A stretch of DNA of 64,000 nucleotides. Origin: an uncultured Heliobacteriaceae bacterium (GTDB taxonomy: Bacteria > Acidobacteriota > Blastocatellia > RBC074). Positions 11,175 through 22,804 of the stretch are shown piece after piece (the stretch's first letter is position 1; each line of letters begins with the position of its first letter). The translations under genes were made by a program, and so were the position numbers. The notes under the pieces were generated by a model. It was given only the letters and a program-made list of their open reading frames with translations, was not told where the DNA came from and did not search any database. The stretch lies in contig CAZLYK010000003.1 of the NCBI GenBank assembly GCA_964563495.1, positions 4,554 through 68,553 on the forward strand, given 5' to 3'.

Positions 11175-11987
11175 TTATTGATTGGGATAAAGTTTCTTTC
11201 TCAGCGAATCTTTCAGTTTGGTCCCCTGCTCGAAAGCCGCGTCTGCCTTGGCCCGGACAACCTCCAGATTGAAGGCGTGGAACCCGGCTTTTGACTCGAT
11301 CAGCATGGCGTGGACGACTTTCATCTCTTTCTGATCGTCGGCCACATCCATCTTGCGTTTCTCGGCCTCTTCGAGCAGGCGATCAGCCCAGGCGACGACC
11401 ATATTGGCTCGTCGAATCGCGGTCATAGCTTCAGCCGCCTTTTCCGGAATCTCTGGGCGCTTCGGCATCATGGCGTTGGTTGAATTGTGGCAGCTGGCGC
11501 ACAGCTCAGAGGTCTGCTCCGGTGTGTACATCACCTCGGAGGCCATATGAGCGTGACAGGTGCTGCAGCTCGGCCCGATCCCGACAGTCTTCAAATTCTG
11601 ATAATGCTTGCTCTCGATAAAGTTGCTGACAAAGGGCTGGTGACAGGCGTTGCATGTATCGGGCACATTCTTGGGAAAGACCCTGCTGTTGGCGTCCGCG
11701 GGAGGCAGAACGCCATCGTGGGCCTTCTTCTGATCTTCTGCGCCGGGGTTGCCGCCGTGACATTTTTCGCAGCCCACACCCTTTATCTTATGCACCGACA
11801 TATGCCATTCCGCGTACTTGCCGCTCATCTTGATCGGGGAGGTCAGCCTCGAATGGCAGTTGACGCATTCATTGTTTTTGAATACGGCCATTTCGTCCTG
11901 GCCGATCACGGGTCTTTTCGCTTCACTGGTGGGCGCCGTGACCCAAAACAAAAAGAAGAACGCCACTACAAAAATTTTCTTTAGCAT
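11175..11987 (-). CDS. Pentahaem cytochrome c with signal peptide
   Basis: The internal start MLKKIFVVAFFFLF is used. Motifs are CVNCH, CEKCH, CNACH, CSTCH and CASCH. Confidence 0.75.
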   Translation of the reverse strand: MLKKIFVVAFFFLFWVTAPTSEAKRPVIGQDEMAVFKNNECVNCHSRLTSPIKMSGKYAEWHMSVHKIKGVGCEKCHGGNPGAEDQKKAHDGVLPPADANSRVFPKNVPDTCNACHQPFVSNFIESKHYQNLKTVGIGPSCSTCHAHMASEVMYTPEQTSELCASCHNSTNAMMPKRPEIPEKAAEAMTAIRRANMVVAWADRLLEEAEKRKMDVADDQKEMKVVHAMLIESKAGFHAFNLEVVRAKADAAFEQGTKLKDSLRKKLYPNQ

Positions 11988-12392
11988 GGTCCTTTTCCTT
12001 TTCTTCCCGGTTCTTCTATTGGAGCGATGAATCCGCCGCCGTCCTTCCCACCTATCTAATGATTGAGACAATCATTTCACCAAGTTAGAGTCACTGCTCT
12101 TGCAAGTGACGATCCAAAACCGGCCCCCGCTGTTTTTTTTTATCTTGATCTGACCAAGGCAAAGCGCTCACACCGCACGAGCGTGATATTTGCGGACTTA
12201 ACGGCTGAATTTTATGTCTGTTGACCCGAATTAGTCTGTGATCCACGGCACACCTAACTGTGACGTAGCGCACAACTGCGGAAAATTATCTACCTTCCGC
12301 CACTCGACGCTGCGTAAATTTCCCCTAATGATTACGGGTTGTCAAGATTATCCTGACCGGGTCTCCGATGCCGGGGAATAAAAGAGGATAAC

Positions 12393-12461
12393 CGCCAGGA
12401 AGCCAGGCGGGCCAAGCGGCAATAAATCTCTCTTCGTCTTGGCCCGCCTGGCTTCCTGGCG
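12393..12461. promoter_or_regulatory. 24-bp perfect inverted repeat with a 21-nt loop in a 510-bp divergent intergenic region
   Basis: The arms are cgccaggaagccaggcgggccaag ... cttggcccgcctggcttcctggcg. Confidence 0.5.
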
Positions 12462-12509
12462 ATTATTCTTGTTGTTGAATGGTATCATGCGGAATATTTT
12501 GTAAATTCA

Positions 12510-12567
12510 GTTTTCTGATAGGGATGTAGCGCGGGTAAAAAAACCCGCGCTACATCCCTATCAGAAA
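12510..12567. promoter_or_regulatory. 26-bp perfect palindrome immediately upstream of the ATP-grasp gene start (operator or attenuator hairpin)
   Basis: The arms are ttttctgatagggatgtagcgcgggt ... cccgcgctacatccctatcagaaaa around an AAAAAAA loop. The palindrome ends 15 nt before the ATG at 12583. Confidence 0.5.
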
Positions 12568-12582
12568 ACTGAGAGAGCGAAT

Positions 12583-13917
12583 ATGAGAGAGAATGCGATT
12601 AGTGAATATCATACAAACCTGGCCACTGACGAAGGTCTGACGCCGGAACTTTTTACTCGGTTGAAAGGCTGGATGAGCGCGGCGCGGATGTTGTACGGCA
12701 AGCGCGAGCTGGGGATATCGCTTCGCCCGCATTTTTTGACCCGGGGTCAGTACGATTTACTGGTGGACAGGTCGCAGGTATTGGTGAGGGCCTTTGACAA
12801 AGTCGCCCTGGCCATGCTGGAAGCTCCGGTTTTGATGGACCGGGTGGGTTTGCGGGAGCGTGAGCGCCGGTTGGCGCTGGTCAACCCGGGGTATCCATTA
12901 CCGGCGATCAACACGCGGCTTGATGCATTTATCAGGGGCGATCAAATCAAGTTCGTCGAATTCAACGCAGAGAACCCATCGAGTCTCATGGATCAGGCCG
13001 GGTTGAATCAGATTCTCTTTGAGATTCGCGCTCTACAGATTCTGGCTGAGCGCTATCGCATGCGGCAGTTCACGCCGGTGGCGAGCCTGGTCAGCTCTCT
13101 GCTCAACACCTTCCACGAATGGGGAGGGGTCGGCGCACCGAATGTCGCGATTCTCGATTGGGCCGATCTGCCGACGCTGCACGAATTCGTCCTGCTCCGT
13201 AATTACTTCGTCGGCTGTGGAATACCGACGATTATCTGCACTCCGGATGAGCTGGAATACGGCCATGGACGCCTGCGACGCGGCGATTTCCGCATCGACC
13301 TGGTCTATAAGCGGATCATCATCCACGAATTTCTGGACCGTTATCAAGATGATCATCCGCTGATTCGGGCCTATACGCACGGCTCGGTCTGTCTGATTAA
13401 TCCCTTTCGCTGCAAGATGCTCCACAAGAAAGCCGGCTTTGAGATGCTGACCGACGATGCTCATGATCGATGGTTCACCGCCGAGGAGCTCGGAGTTATC
13501 CACCAATGTGTGCCGTGGACCCGTCGCCTGTTCGAACGCAAGACCATTTACCGAGGGCTGGAGATCGACCTGATCGAATACATCAGGAAAAATCGCGCCG
13601 ATTTCATCCTCAAGCCGAACGACGATTATGGAGGGCACGGCATCTACTTCGGCAATCTCGCCGGCGTCTCTGAATGGGATTCATATCTGGACGACGCTTT
13701 GACCGGCGATTACGTGGTTCAGGAAAGGATCGACCTGCAGACCGAAGACTTTCCCATATTTAATGAGCGGGAGTGGAGCTTGCAGCCGATGTATGTCGAT
13801 ACGAACCCATTCATTTTTCGCGGCAAAGTCGATGGCGCCATGGTTCGGTTGTCCGATTCTCCGATCGTCAACGTCACTTCGGGCGGGGGCGAAACGGGCT
13901 TTTTTGTTCTGGAATAG
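12583..13917 (+). CDS. Circularly permuted ATP-grasp superfamily protein (glutathionylspermidine-synthase-like fold)
   Basis: 444 aa carrying [16 protein letters not shown] and VVQERIDL motifs characteristic of this family. Substrate is unknown. Confidence 0.55.
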   Translation: MRENAISEYHTNLATDEGLTPELFTRLKGWMSAARMLYGKRELGISLRPHFLTRGQYDLLVDRSQVLVRAFDKVALAMLEAPVLMDRVGLRERERRLALVNPGYPLPAINTRLDAFIRGDQIKFVEFNAENPSSLMDQAGLNQILFEIRALQILAERYRMRQFTPVASLVSSLLNTFHEWGGVGAPNVAILDWADLPTLHEFVLLRNYFVGCGIPTIICTPDELEYGHGRLRRGDFRIDLVYKRIIIHEFLDRYQDDHPLIRAYTHGSVCLINPFRCKMLHKKAGFEMLTDDAHDRWFTAEELGVIHQCVPWTRRLFERKTIYRGLEIDLIEYIRKNRADFILKPNDDYGGHGIYFGNLAGVSEWDSYLDDALTGDYVVQERIDLQTEDFPIFNEREWSLQPMYVDTNPFIFRGKVDGAMVRLSDSPIVNVTSGGGETGFFVLE

Positions 13918-14128
13918 ATATTTTTGACTGTGCATAAATCCCCAGATCTTGTGAGTAATAATGCGCACGAAGTGAATTTTTACGTCCCGCCTTTGATATC
14001 CCAGCCTGAAGAAGATCCGGAACGGGTGTTGCATGGGCTAATTGAGCAGTTCCGTGCAATGCTTTAAATAAGTGGCAGATCCTTATTGCCGATTTTTTTT
14101 CAATCCCAGATTCAGAAAAGGGGGGCCC

Positions 14129-15249
14129 ATGGCTGGTTCGACATCCACCATTTGGCAGTCCATGCAATCGAAGGGATATTCCCGCCGCGACTTTATCCAT
14201 TTCTGCACGGTAGCGGCAACGGTTGCTGGCATCGAAGCAACGGCCCTGAACACGGTTGTCCAGGCATTTGAAAATAAACCCCGCCCACCTGTAGTCTGGC
14301 TGCATTTTCAGGAATGCACCTGCTGCAGTGAGTCATTTATCCGCTCATCGCATCCGATCGTCGCCGACATCCTGCTCGATTATCTATCGCTCGATTATAC
14401 CGAAACATTGCAGGCCGCCGCGGGTCATCAGGCCGAAAAGTGTTATCAGGACACGATCAAGAAGTACCCGGGCCAGTATATTCTGGTGGTCGAGGGTTCG
14501 GTTCCGATGAAAGACGACGGTATCTACTGCATGATCGCCGGCCGGTCGGCGGAAGAGATCCTCAAGGAAGCGGCGAAAGACGCCGCGGTAGTGATTGCGT
14601 GGGGCAGTTGCGCCTCAAACGGATGCATCCAGAGCGCGAAACCGAATCCGACCAACGCGACTCCGATTCACAAGATTATCAACAAGCCGGTCATCAATGT
14701 TCCCGGCTGTCCCCCGATTGCCGACGTCATGACGGGCGTGGTCACGCACCTGCTGGTCTTTGGCCGCCCGCCCTCACTCGACAACCAGGGTCGTCCGAAA
14801 GAGTTTTACGGTCGTCGAGTTCACGACACGTGTTACCGGCGGCCTTATTACGACGCCGGCCTGTTCGTCGAATCGTGGGACGATGAGGCCGCGCGCAAGG
14901 GTTATTGCCTCTACAAGATGGGCTGCCGCGGCCCCGTTACCTACAACGCCTGTTCGGTCACCAAATGGAACGGAGGCGTCAGTTATCCGATTCAATCAGG
15001 TCACGGTTGCATCGGTTGCAGCGAGAACGGGTTCTGGGATAACGGCCCGTTCTACCAGCATCTGGCTTCGTTCCCGGGCTTTGGGATAGAGAGCACGGCC
15101 GATACGATCGGGACTGTTGCCGGTGTCGTGACGCTTGCGGGAGTGACACTTCACGCAATCACCACGAACATCCGGAAGCACAAGTTGATCAAAGAAGAGG
15201 TTGTCGATTCGATCGAAACCGAAAAAGAAGTGGAAGGAGGTGATCAGCA

Positions 15250-15253
<4 letters not shown>
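14129..15253 (+). CDS. hyaA: [NiFe]-hydrogenase small subunit, membrane-bound group 1, with O2-tolerant-type cysteine pattern
   Basis: The start at MAGSTSTIW follows AAAAGGGGGG. It has a Tat motif SRRDFIHF, the ECTCCSESFIRS and WGSCASNGC motifs (both supernumerary Cys of a [4Fe-3S] proximal cluster), and a C-terminal TM anchor. Confidence 0.9.
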
Positions 15254-16965
<1,712 letters not shown>

Positions 16966-16976
16966 GGAGGCGCACC

Positions 16977-17711
16977 ATGTCGACGAGACCTGAAGCAATT
17001 TTCGAAGCCTACCCGGTCCACCATGCGAGCTACAGGAAGATTTATGTCTGGGAATTGCCAGTCAGAATCTACCATTGGCTCAATGCCTTGTGCGTCATCA
17101 CGCTGAGCGTGACCGGCTATTTGATCGGTAAACCACTGGCCATCTCTTACTCCAGCGAAGCCTATCAGCAGTACTGGTTCGGGACGGTCAGGTTCATTCA
17201 CTTCGTTGCCGCGTTTATCTTCTTCTTTAATTTCCTGGCGAGAATTTATTGGGGGTTTGTCGGTAACGAACATGCTCGCTGGAGTAATTTCATCCCATTC
17301 AGCGGGTCGCAATGGCGGGAGATACGAGAAGTGTTGAGAGTCGATATCCTACAAACCAAATTGGGCGAGTTGATCACGATCGGTCACAACTCGCTGGCAG
17401 GTTTGATCTACTTTCTCTCATTTCTCGTCGCCCTGTTTCAGGCGATTACCGGCTTCGCTCTCTATTCGAGTATGAGCAAATCGTTCTTCCCTCAACTCTT
17501 CGCCTGGATCGTGCCGCTGATGGGCGGCGATTTTGCCGTTCGCCAATGGCATCACGCGTTTATGTGGTTCTTTGTCGTCTTCATCATCGTCCATGTCTAT
17601 CTGGTCGTTTATCACGATTATGTCGAAGGACGGGGAACAACCTCCTCGATGGTCGGGGGGTGGAAATTCGAGCGGGATGATGAACTCAAACGGAAGCTGT
17701 CTCAGAAATGA
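16977..17711 (+). CDS. hyaC: Hydrogenase b-type cytochrome membrane subunit
   Basis: The start MSTRPEAIF follows GAGGAGG. It has four TM helices with conserved His, typical of HyaC/HupC. Confidence 0.85.
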   Translation: MSTRPEAIFEAYPVHHASYRKIYVWELPVRIYHWLNALCVITLSVTGYLIGKPLAISYSSEAYQQYWFGTVRFIHFVAAFIFFFNFLARIYWGFVGNEHARWSNFIPFSGSQWREIREVLRVDILQTKLGELITIGHNSLAGLIYFLSFLVALFQAITGFALYSSMSKSFFPQLFAWIVPLMGGDFAVRQWHHAFMWFFVVFIIVHVYLVVYHDYVEGRGTTSSMVGGWKFERDDELKRKLSQK

Positions 17712-18162
17712 GGGTGCATCCGGCGCTCTCATCCTCGGCATCGGCAACGTGCTCATGGGGGATGAGGGCGTCGGGGTCCGGGTCGTCGAGGAGTTGCAAA
17801 AAGCTTCACTGCCCGTCGGGGTGGAATGCCTGGACGGTGGGACGGGCAGTTTTTTGCTGCTCGACCCGATGCAGCGGGTAAAGAAGGTGATCCTGATTGA
17901 CGCGACCGTGGACAGCGAGACGGTGGGGACGGTCCGCCGGCTGGAGCCGCGTTTTTCAAAAGATTACCCGCGCACCCTGACCGCGCACGATATCGGATTG
18001 AAGGATTTGATCGATGCCTTCTACCTGCTCGGCGAAGCGCCGGAGGTAGTTTTGTATGCGATCTCGATTCCGGCGCTCCGGGAAATGAGTCTCGAACTTT
18101 CGCCCGAAGTCAGCGCGGCCGTGCCGCGAATCGCGAAGCTGGTTCGAGCCGAGATTGAATAG
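17677..18162 (+). CDS. hyaD: Hydrogenase maturation endopeptidase
   Basis: The ALILGIGNVLMGDEGVGVRVVE N-terminus and DGGT motif fit the HyaD/HybD family. The start is uncertain: the ATGs at 17677/17680 overlap the hyaC 3' end, and an alternative non-ATG start could lie near 17707. Confidence 0.75.
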   Translation: MMNSNGSCLRNEGASGALILGIGNVLMGDEGVGVRVVEELQKASLPVGVECLDGGTGSFLLLDPMQRVKKVILIDATVDSETVGTVRRLEPRFSKDYPRTLTAHDIGLKDLIDAFYLLGEAPEVVLYAISIPALREMSLELSPEVSAAVPRIAKLVRAEIE

Positions 18163-18169
18163 TAGAAGA

Positions 18170-18511
18170 ATGCACGAAATGTCGATCATTCAGGGCGTGC
18201 TGGAAATTGCCGAAGGCGAGGCGCGTAAACACGGCGCCGCAAGGATCAATGAGATCAAGCTCAGACTCGGTGAATTTTGCGGGGTTGTCCGTGAGGCGCT
18301 GGATTTTGCTTTCGAGGCTTTGAAGCGGGGCACGCTGGCTGCGGATGCCAGGTTGAATATCGAGACGATTGAGCTGGTCGTCGAATGTCCGGATTGTGCT
18401 CTGGTCGAGACCTTGAAAGGCGAAATCAGTTTTATCTGTCCGCGATGCGGTGGGTTATTGAAGATCATCACCGGGCGCGAGATGCAGATCGAATATATTG
18501 ATTTGGATTGA
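18170..18511 (+). CDS. hypA: Hydrogenase nickel-insertion protein HypA
   Basis: The N-terminus MHEMSIIQGVLEIAE fits HypA. It has a CPDC...CPRC zinc site. Confidence 0.85.
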   Translation: MHEMSIIQGVLEIAEGEARKHGAARINEIKLRLGEFCGVVREALDFAFEALKRGTLAADARLNIETIELVVECPDCALVETLKGEISFICPRCGGLLKIITGREMQIEYIDLD

Positions 18512-18525
18512 ATTGAGGTGATTGG

Positions 18526-19197
18526 ATGCATCAGGTTAATCTGGAGACCGATATGCTGGAGATGAATCAACATCTCGCCGAGGAGAACGCGGAGATCTTC
18601 CGGAAGCAGGGCGTTTTCGTCATGAATCTCATGTCGGCGCCGGGCGCGGGAAAGACATCGATCCTCGAACAGACGATTGGTCGGCTTAAGCAAGCTTGCC
18701 GGATCGGTGTGATCGAAGGCGATCTCGTCACGACCATCGATGCCGACCGGATCTCCGTACTCGGTGTACCTGCTTACCAGATAACTACCGGAACCGTCTG
18801 TCACCTGGACGCTCGAATGGTCCACAATGCGCTGCACACTTTTCCGATCAGCGGGTTGGACCTGCTGGTAATCGAGAATGTCGGCAACCTGGTCTGTCCG
18901 GCTGAGTTTAATTTGGGTGAAGATCTGAAAGTCATGGTCTACAGCGTAGTCGAGGGTGCCGAGAAGCCGATGAAGTATCCGGTCATGTTTCACGAAGCGG
19001 AGGCCGTCCTGCTCAATAAAATCGACCTCCTGCCTTATTCGGGCGTCAGCCTGGAAGATCTGCGGCGCAATGTACTCGCGGTCAACCCGCGCGCTCAGAT
19101 CATTCCCGTCTCCTGCCGAACCGGTGAGGGTGTCGATCAGTGGATCGACTGGCTGAAAGGAAGAATAGACAGGGTTAACCGGATTTCACCGGATTAA
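18526..19197 (+). CDS. hypB: Hydrogenase maturation GTPase HypB (short form without His-rich N-terminus)
   Basis: SAPGAGKTS P-loop and ENVGNLVCP motifs. The last 11 codons and the stop are encoded inside repeat element E3. Confidence 0.85.
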   Translation: MHQVNLETDMLEMNQHLAEENAEIFRKQGVFVMNLMSAPGAGKTSILEQTIGRLKQACRIGVIEGDLVTTIDADRISVLGVPAYQITTGTVCHLDARMVHNALHTFPISGLDLLVIENVGNLVCPAEFNLGEDLKVMVYSVVEGAEKPMKYPVMFHEAEAVLLNKIDLLPYSGVSLEDLRRNVLAVNPRAQIIPVSCRTGEGVDQWIDWLKGRIDRVNRISPD

Positions 19198-19263
19198 ACA
19201 GGATCAAAGGCAGCAGAAAAAATCCGGTTCAATCCGGTGAAATCCTGTCGATCCTGTCTATTT
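19164..19263. repeat. Palindromic intergenic element E3 (overlaps the hypB 3' end)
   Basis: AATAGACAGGG ... ATCCTGTCGATCCTGTCTATT with an internal inverted repeat ccggatttcaccggatt / aatccggtgaaatcc. Confidence 0.75.
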
Positions 19264-19311
19264 TTGATGATGAACACGAGTCCTCGATTACAACCCGGTG
19301 AGCGGTTGCGA

Positions 19312-21579
19312 ATGGTGATCCGCGGCGCGGTGCAGGGAGTTGGCTTTCGCCCGTTTATCTATCGCCTGGCGACCGGATTGGGGTTATCGGGATGGGTCAG
19401 GAATTCGTCACAAGGAGTCTTGATAGAGGTCGAGGGTGCGAGGGAGAGGTTGGAGGCTTTTTTGCTGGGGATCGAGAGGGAGAGGCCGCCGCGGTCATTC
19501 ATTCACAGCCTCGAATCGGCTTTCCTGGATCCAGTGGGATTGACCGGTTTCAAAATCCTGGAGAGTGCCGAGAGCGGCGCAAAGACCGTCCTCGTCCTGC
19601 CCGACATCGCGACTTGTCCGGATTGCCTGGGTGAAGTCTTCGATCCCGCTGACCGCCGCTATCTTTATCCATTCACCAATTGCACCAACTGCGGGCCGCG
19701 TTTCAGCATTATCGAAGCCCTGCCGTATGACCGCGTGAACACGACCATGAAGAAATTCACCATGTGTCAGGCATGTGCGGCAGAGTACCATGATCCGCTC
19801 GATCGAAGATTCCACGCGCAGCCGAATGCCTGTCCCGAGTGCGGTCCTCAACTGGAGTTGTGGGACAGGGCAGGAAAGATTCTCTCCCGGCGCGGTGCGG
19901 CGCTGATCGGGGCCGCCGAGGCGATCCGCCGCGGCGAGATCGTGGCGGTCAAGGGGTTGGGCGGATTTCATCTGATGGTCGACGGCCGCAACCACGCGGC
20001 GATCGATCGGTTGCGACGGCGCAAGCATCGTGAAGAGAAGCCGTTTGCGCTCATGTGCCCGTCGGTCAAACAGATTGAGAGTAACTGCCGGGTCTCAGAG
20101 ATCGAGCGCCGTCTATTGCTTTCGCCGGAATCGCCGATCGTCCTGCTCGAACGAGCATCGACAATTCCAAATCGCCACTCAGCCATCTCCAGGTCGGCAG
20201 CCCCGGGGAATCCGTATCTCGGCGTCATGTTGCCGTATACGCCGCTGCACCATCTGCTGCTCTCAGAGCTCGACTTTCCGATCGTGGCGACGAGCGGCAA
20301 TCTGACCGATGAGCCGATTTGCACAGACGAACTGGAGGCGCTCGAAAGGCTGAGCGGGATCGCGGACCTGTTGCTGGTTCATGATCGGCCGATTGCGCGG
20401 CATCTGGACGATTCGATCGTCCGCGTCATGGCCGGCCGTGAGCTGGTCATGCGTCGCGCCCGCGGGTATGCGCCGCTGCCGCTTCATTTAAGTCAAGCCA
20501 TGCCGCCGGTGCTCGCCACCGGCGCAGATTTGAAGAGCGCGATTGCGATCTCGGTCGGGAATGATGTCTTCATCAGCCAGCACATCGGCGACCTGGAAAC
20601 CGCGCCGGCTGATGAGGCCTTTCGGCGAGTCACCGAAGACTTTGAAAAGCTCTACGATTTCCAGCCTTCCCGTGTCGCGTGTGATTTGCATCCGGATTAC
20701 CGCTCGACCAGGTTCGCCGAATCTCTGGGGAGGAAGGTCGAGCATATTCAACATCATTGCGCGCACGTCGCGGCGTGTATGGCCGAGAACGAGATTTGGG
20801 GGTCGGCGCTGGGTGTCGCCTGGGACGGAACCGGATACGGGCTGGACGGGACCATCTGGGGCGGCGAGTTTTTGCAGGCCGCCGGCGGGGATTTTCATCG
20901 TGTCGCGCATCTTCGTACTTTCCCGCTGCCCGGTGGCGAGAGAGCCGTGAGGGAGCCGCGCCGGATTGCAATCGGGATGCTCTATCAAATCTACGGCGCC
21001 CGGCTGTTCGAGATGGAGGACCTGGCGCCGCTCAAAACATTGACTACTCACGAGCGCGGAATCCTGCGGACCATGCTGGAGCGCAAGGTCAATACGCCGC
21101 TGACCTCGAGCGCCGGCCGGCTCTTCGATGCCGTGGCCGCGATCACGGGCCTGCGCCAGACAGCCAGGTTCGAGGGGCAGGCCGCGATGGAGCTGGAATT
21201 TGCGCTCGGAGGCATGATCGACAATGAGACCTATCCATTCGAGATCGGGCCCGAAACGGGGCCGGGTTCTGCCGGAGTGATCGATTGGGAACCGATGATT
21301 CGCGCGATCCTGGATCACGTCGCTGACCATATTTCGATCGCTCAGATCTCGGCGCGCTTTCACAACACGCTGGTCGAATCGATCATCGCGGTCGCGCGAT
21401 TGACGGGCGAAGAGCGGATTTGCCTGTCCGGAGGCTGTTTTCAGAACAGGTATCTGACCGAGAGGGCAATCTCTCGTTTGCGCGAGGTCGGCCTGCGTCC
21501 TTACTGGCACCAGCGCATTCCGCCCAACGATGGAGGGATTGCGCTCGGCCAGGTTGTCGCGGCCGCTGGGATAATCTGA
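19312..21579 (+). CDS. hypF: [NiFe]-hydrogenase maturation carbamoyltransferase HypF
   Basis: Acylphosphatase domain (VQGVGFRPF), two CxxC...CxxC zinc fingers, a YrdC-like domain and a Kae1-like domain. The start is taken at MVIRGAVQG; an upstream ATG at 19267 is also possible. Confidence 0.9.
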   Translation: MVIRGAVQGVGFRPFIYRLATGLGLSGWVRNSSQGVLIEVEGARERLEAFLLGIERERPPRSFIHSLESAFLDPVGLTGFKILESAESGAKTVLVLPDIATCPDCLGEVFDPADRRYLYPFTNCTNCGPRFSIIEALPYDRVNTTMKKFTMCQACAAEYHDPLDRRFHAQPNACPECGPQLELWDRAGKILSRRGAALIGAAEAIRRGEIVAVKGLGGFHLMVDGRNHAAIDRLRRRKHREEKPFALMCPSVKQIESNCRVSEIERRLLLSPESPIVLLERASTIPNRHSAISRSAAPGNPYLGVMLPYTPLHHLLLSELDFPIVATSGNLTDEPICTDELEALERLSGIADLLLVHDRPIARHLDDSIVRVMAGRELVMRRARGYAPLPLHLSQAMPPVLATGADLKSAIAISVGNDVFISQHIGDLETAPADEAFRRVTEDFEKLYDFQPSRVACDLHPDYRSTRFAESLGRKVEHIQHHCAHVAACMAENEIWGSALGVAWDGTGYGLDGTIWGGEFLQAAGGDFHRVAHLRTFPLPGGERAVREPRRIAIGMLYQIYGARLFEMEDLAPLKTLTTHERGILRTMLERKVNTPLTSSAGRLFDAVAAITGLRQTARFEGQAAMELEFALGGMIDNETYPFEIGPETGPGSAGVIDWEPMIRAILDHVADHISIAQISARFHNTLVESIIAVARLTGEERICLSGGCFQNRYLTERAISRLREVGLRPYWHQRIPPNDGGIALGQVVAAAGII

Positions 21580-21581
21580 AA

Positions 21582-21630
21582 AATAGACAGGATCGACAAG
21601 ATTTCAAAAGAGATTAAACAGGGATAGAAC
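21582..21630. repeat. Truncated (left-half) copy of the palindromic element, E4
   Basis: AATAGACAGGATCGACAAGATTTC with no matching right terminus. It begins 3 nt after the hypF stop. Confidence 0.55.
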
Positions 21631-21654
21631 CTGGCATTGAGGGGAAACAGGAAA

Positions 21655-22782
21655 ATGACCGGAGTTTTGCCAAATCAGCGGCCGATTGACCAGATCGATC
21701 CCGATCATTTGGAGCGGATCAAGGGGCTCAAGCACATGATCGGAAACACGCCACTGCTGGCGATCAATTTTAAGTTCAGAGGCCGGCCGCGCGTCGTCTA
21801 CGCCAAAGCCGAAAATCTCAATCTGACCGGCAGCATCAAGGATCGCATGGCCTATCACATTTTAAAGAGGGGGTATCAGGAAGGCATGATCCGGGAAGGC
21901 GACACGATCGCGGAGGCGACCAGCGGAAACACCGGCATCTCATTCTCGGCGATCGGACGCGCGCTTGGGCACCGGGTGGTGATCTTCATGCCCGACTGGA
22001 TGAGCCAGGAGCGAGTCGCTTTGATTCGCAGCCTGGGGGCGGAGATCGTGCCGGTCAGCCGGGAGGAAGGCGGTTTCCTGGGCAGCATCAGGAAGACCGA
22101 GGCCCTGGCGAGTGGCGAAGATCGCGTCTTCCTGCCCCGCCAATTTTCGAATGAGGCGAACGTCGAGGCCCATGAGCAGACGACCGGCCCCGAGATCTGG
22201 TGGCAGCTCAACCATCTCGGGCTCGCGCCGGATGTCTTTGTCGCCGGGGTCGGCACCGGGGGGACGATCATGGGAGTCGGTCGCTATCTGCGCGACCGGC
22301 GGCCCTCAATCCGCCTGCACCCGGTCGAGCCGGCCGAGTCGCCGACTCTCTCGACCGGCCACAAAGTCGGCCAGCATCGGATTCAGGGCATCTCCGATGA
22401 GTTCATCCCATCTATTGTAGAGCTCGATCAACTCGATCATGTCATCGGCGTCAACGATGGCGACGCGATTCTCATGGCGCAGAATCTGGCGAGCTGTCTG
22501 GGTCTGGCAGTCGGCATCTCCTCCGGGGCCAATTTTATCGCCGCCTTGATCGCGCAGAACGAGCTCGATGAAGATGCCGTCGCCGTCACCGTCTTCCCGG
22601 ACAGCAACAAAAAATATCTGAGCACCGACCTGCTCAGAAGCGAGCCGGTCAGGGATGGCTATCTCTCGCCCGAGATCGAGTTGATCAGTTACCGGTCGTT
22701 CAAACGCGTCTGCAGCACCTGCTACGACCTGGACGACGTGCTGCAGACCTACCTGATCAACCAGCCCAGAGGGGTCAGTTGA
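21655..22782 (+). CDS. Cysteine synthase / cystathionine beta-synthase family PLP-dependent enzyme with a roughly 60-aa C-terminal extension
   Basis: GSIKDR PLP-lysine motif; SGNTG and GxGTGGT glycine-rich loops. The substrate cannot be assigned from sequence. Confidence 0.75.
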   Translation: MTGVLPNQRPIDQIDPDHLERIKGLKHMIGNTPLLAINFKFRGRPRVVYAKAENLNLTGSIKDRMAYHILKRGYQEGMIREGDTIAEATSGNTGISFSAIGRALGHRVVIFMPDWMSQERVALIRSLGAEIVPVSREEGGFLGSIRKTEALASGEDRVFLPRQFSNEANVEAHEQTTGPEIWWQLNHLGLAPDVFVAGVGTGGTIMGVGRYLRDRRPSIRLHPVEPAESPTLSTGHKVGQHRIQGISDEFIPSIVELDQLDHVIGVNDGDAILMAQNLASCLGLAVGISSGANFIAALIAQNELDEDAVAVTVFPDSNKKYLSTDLLRSEPVRDGYLSPEIELISYRSFKRVCSTCYDLDDVLQTYLINQPRGVS

Positions 22783-22804
22783 TCAGGAGAATCGGGATTC
22801 ATCT

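Noticed and set aside
12091-12273. 60-aa ORF in the divergent intergenic region
   Set aside because: No RBS and no recognisable domain. It lies in a regulatory region rich in palindromes.
19237-19311. Extended hypF N-terminus MKSCRSCLFLMMNTSPRLQ... and the similar 74-aa minus ORF 21383..21607 beginning MKSCRSCLF
   Set aside because: Both peptide starts are read from the repeat element sequence itself (atgaaatcctgtcgatcctgtctattt). The genuine HypF start is at the acylphosphatase domain (MVIRGAVQG) or the ATG at 19267.
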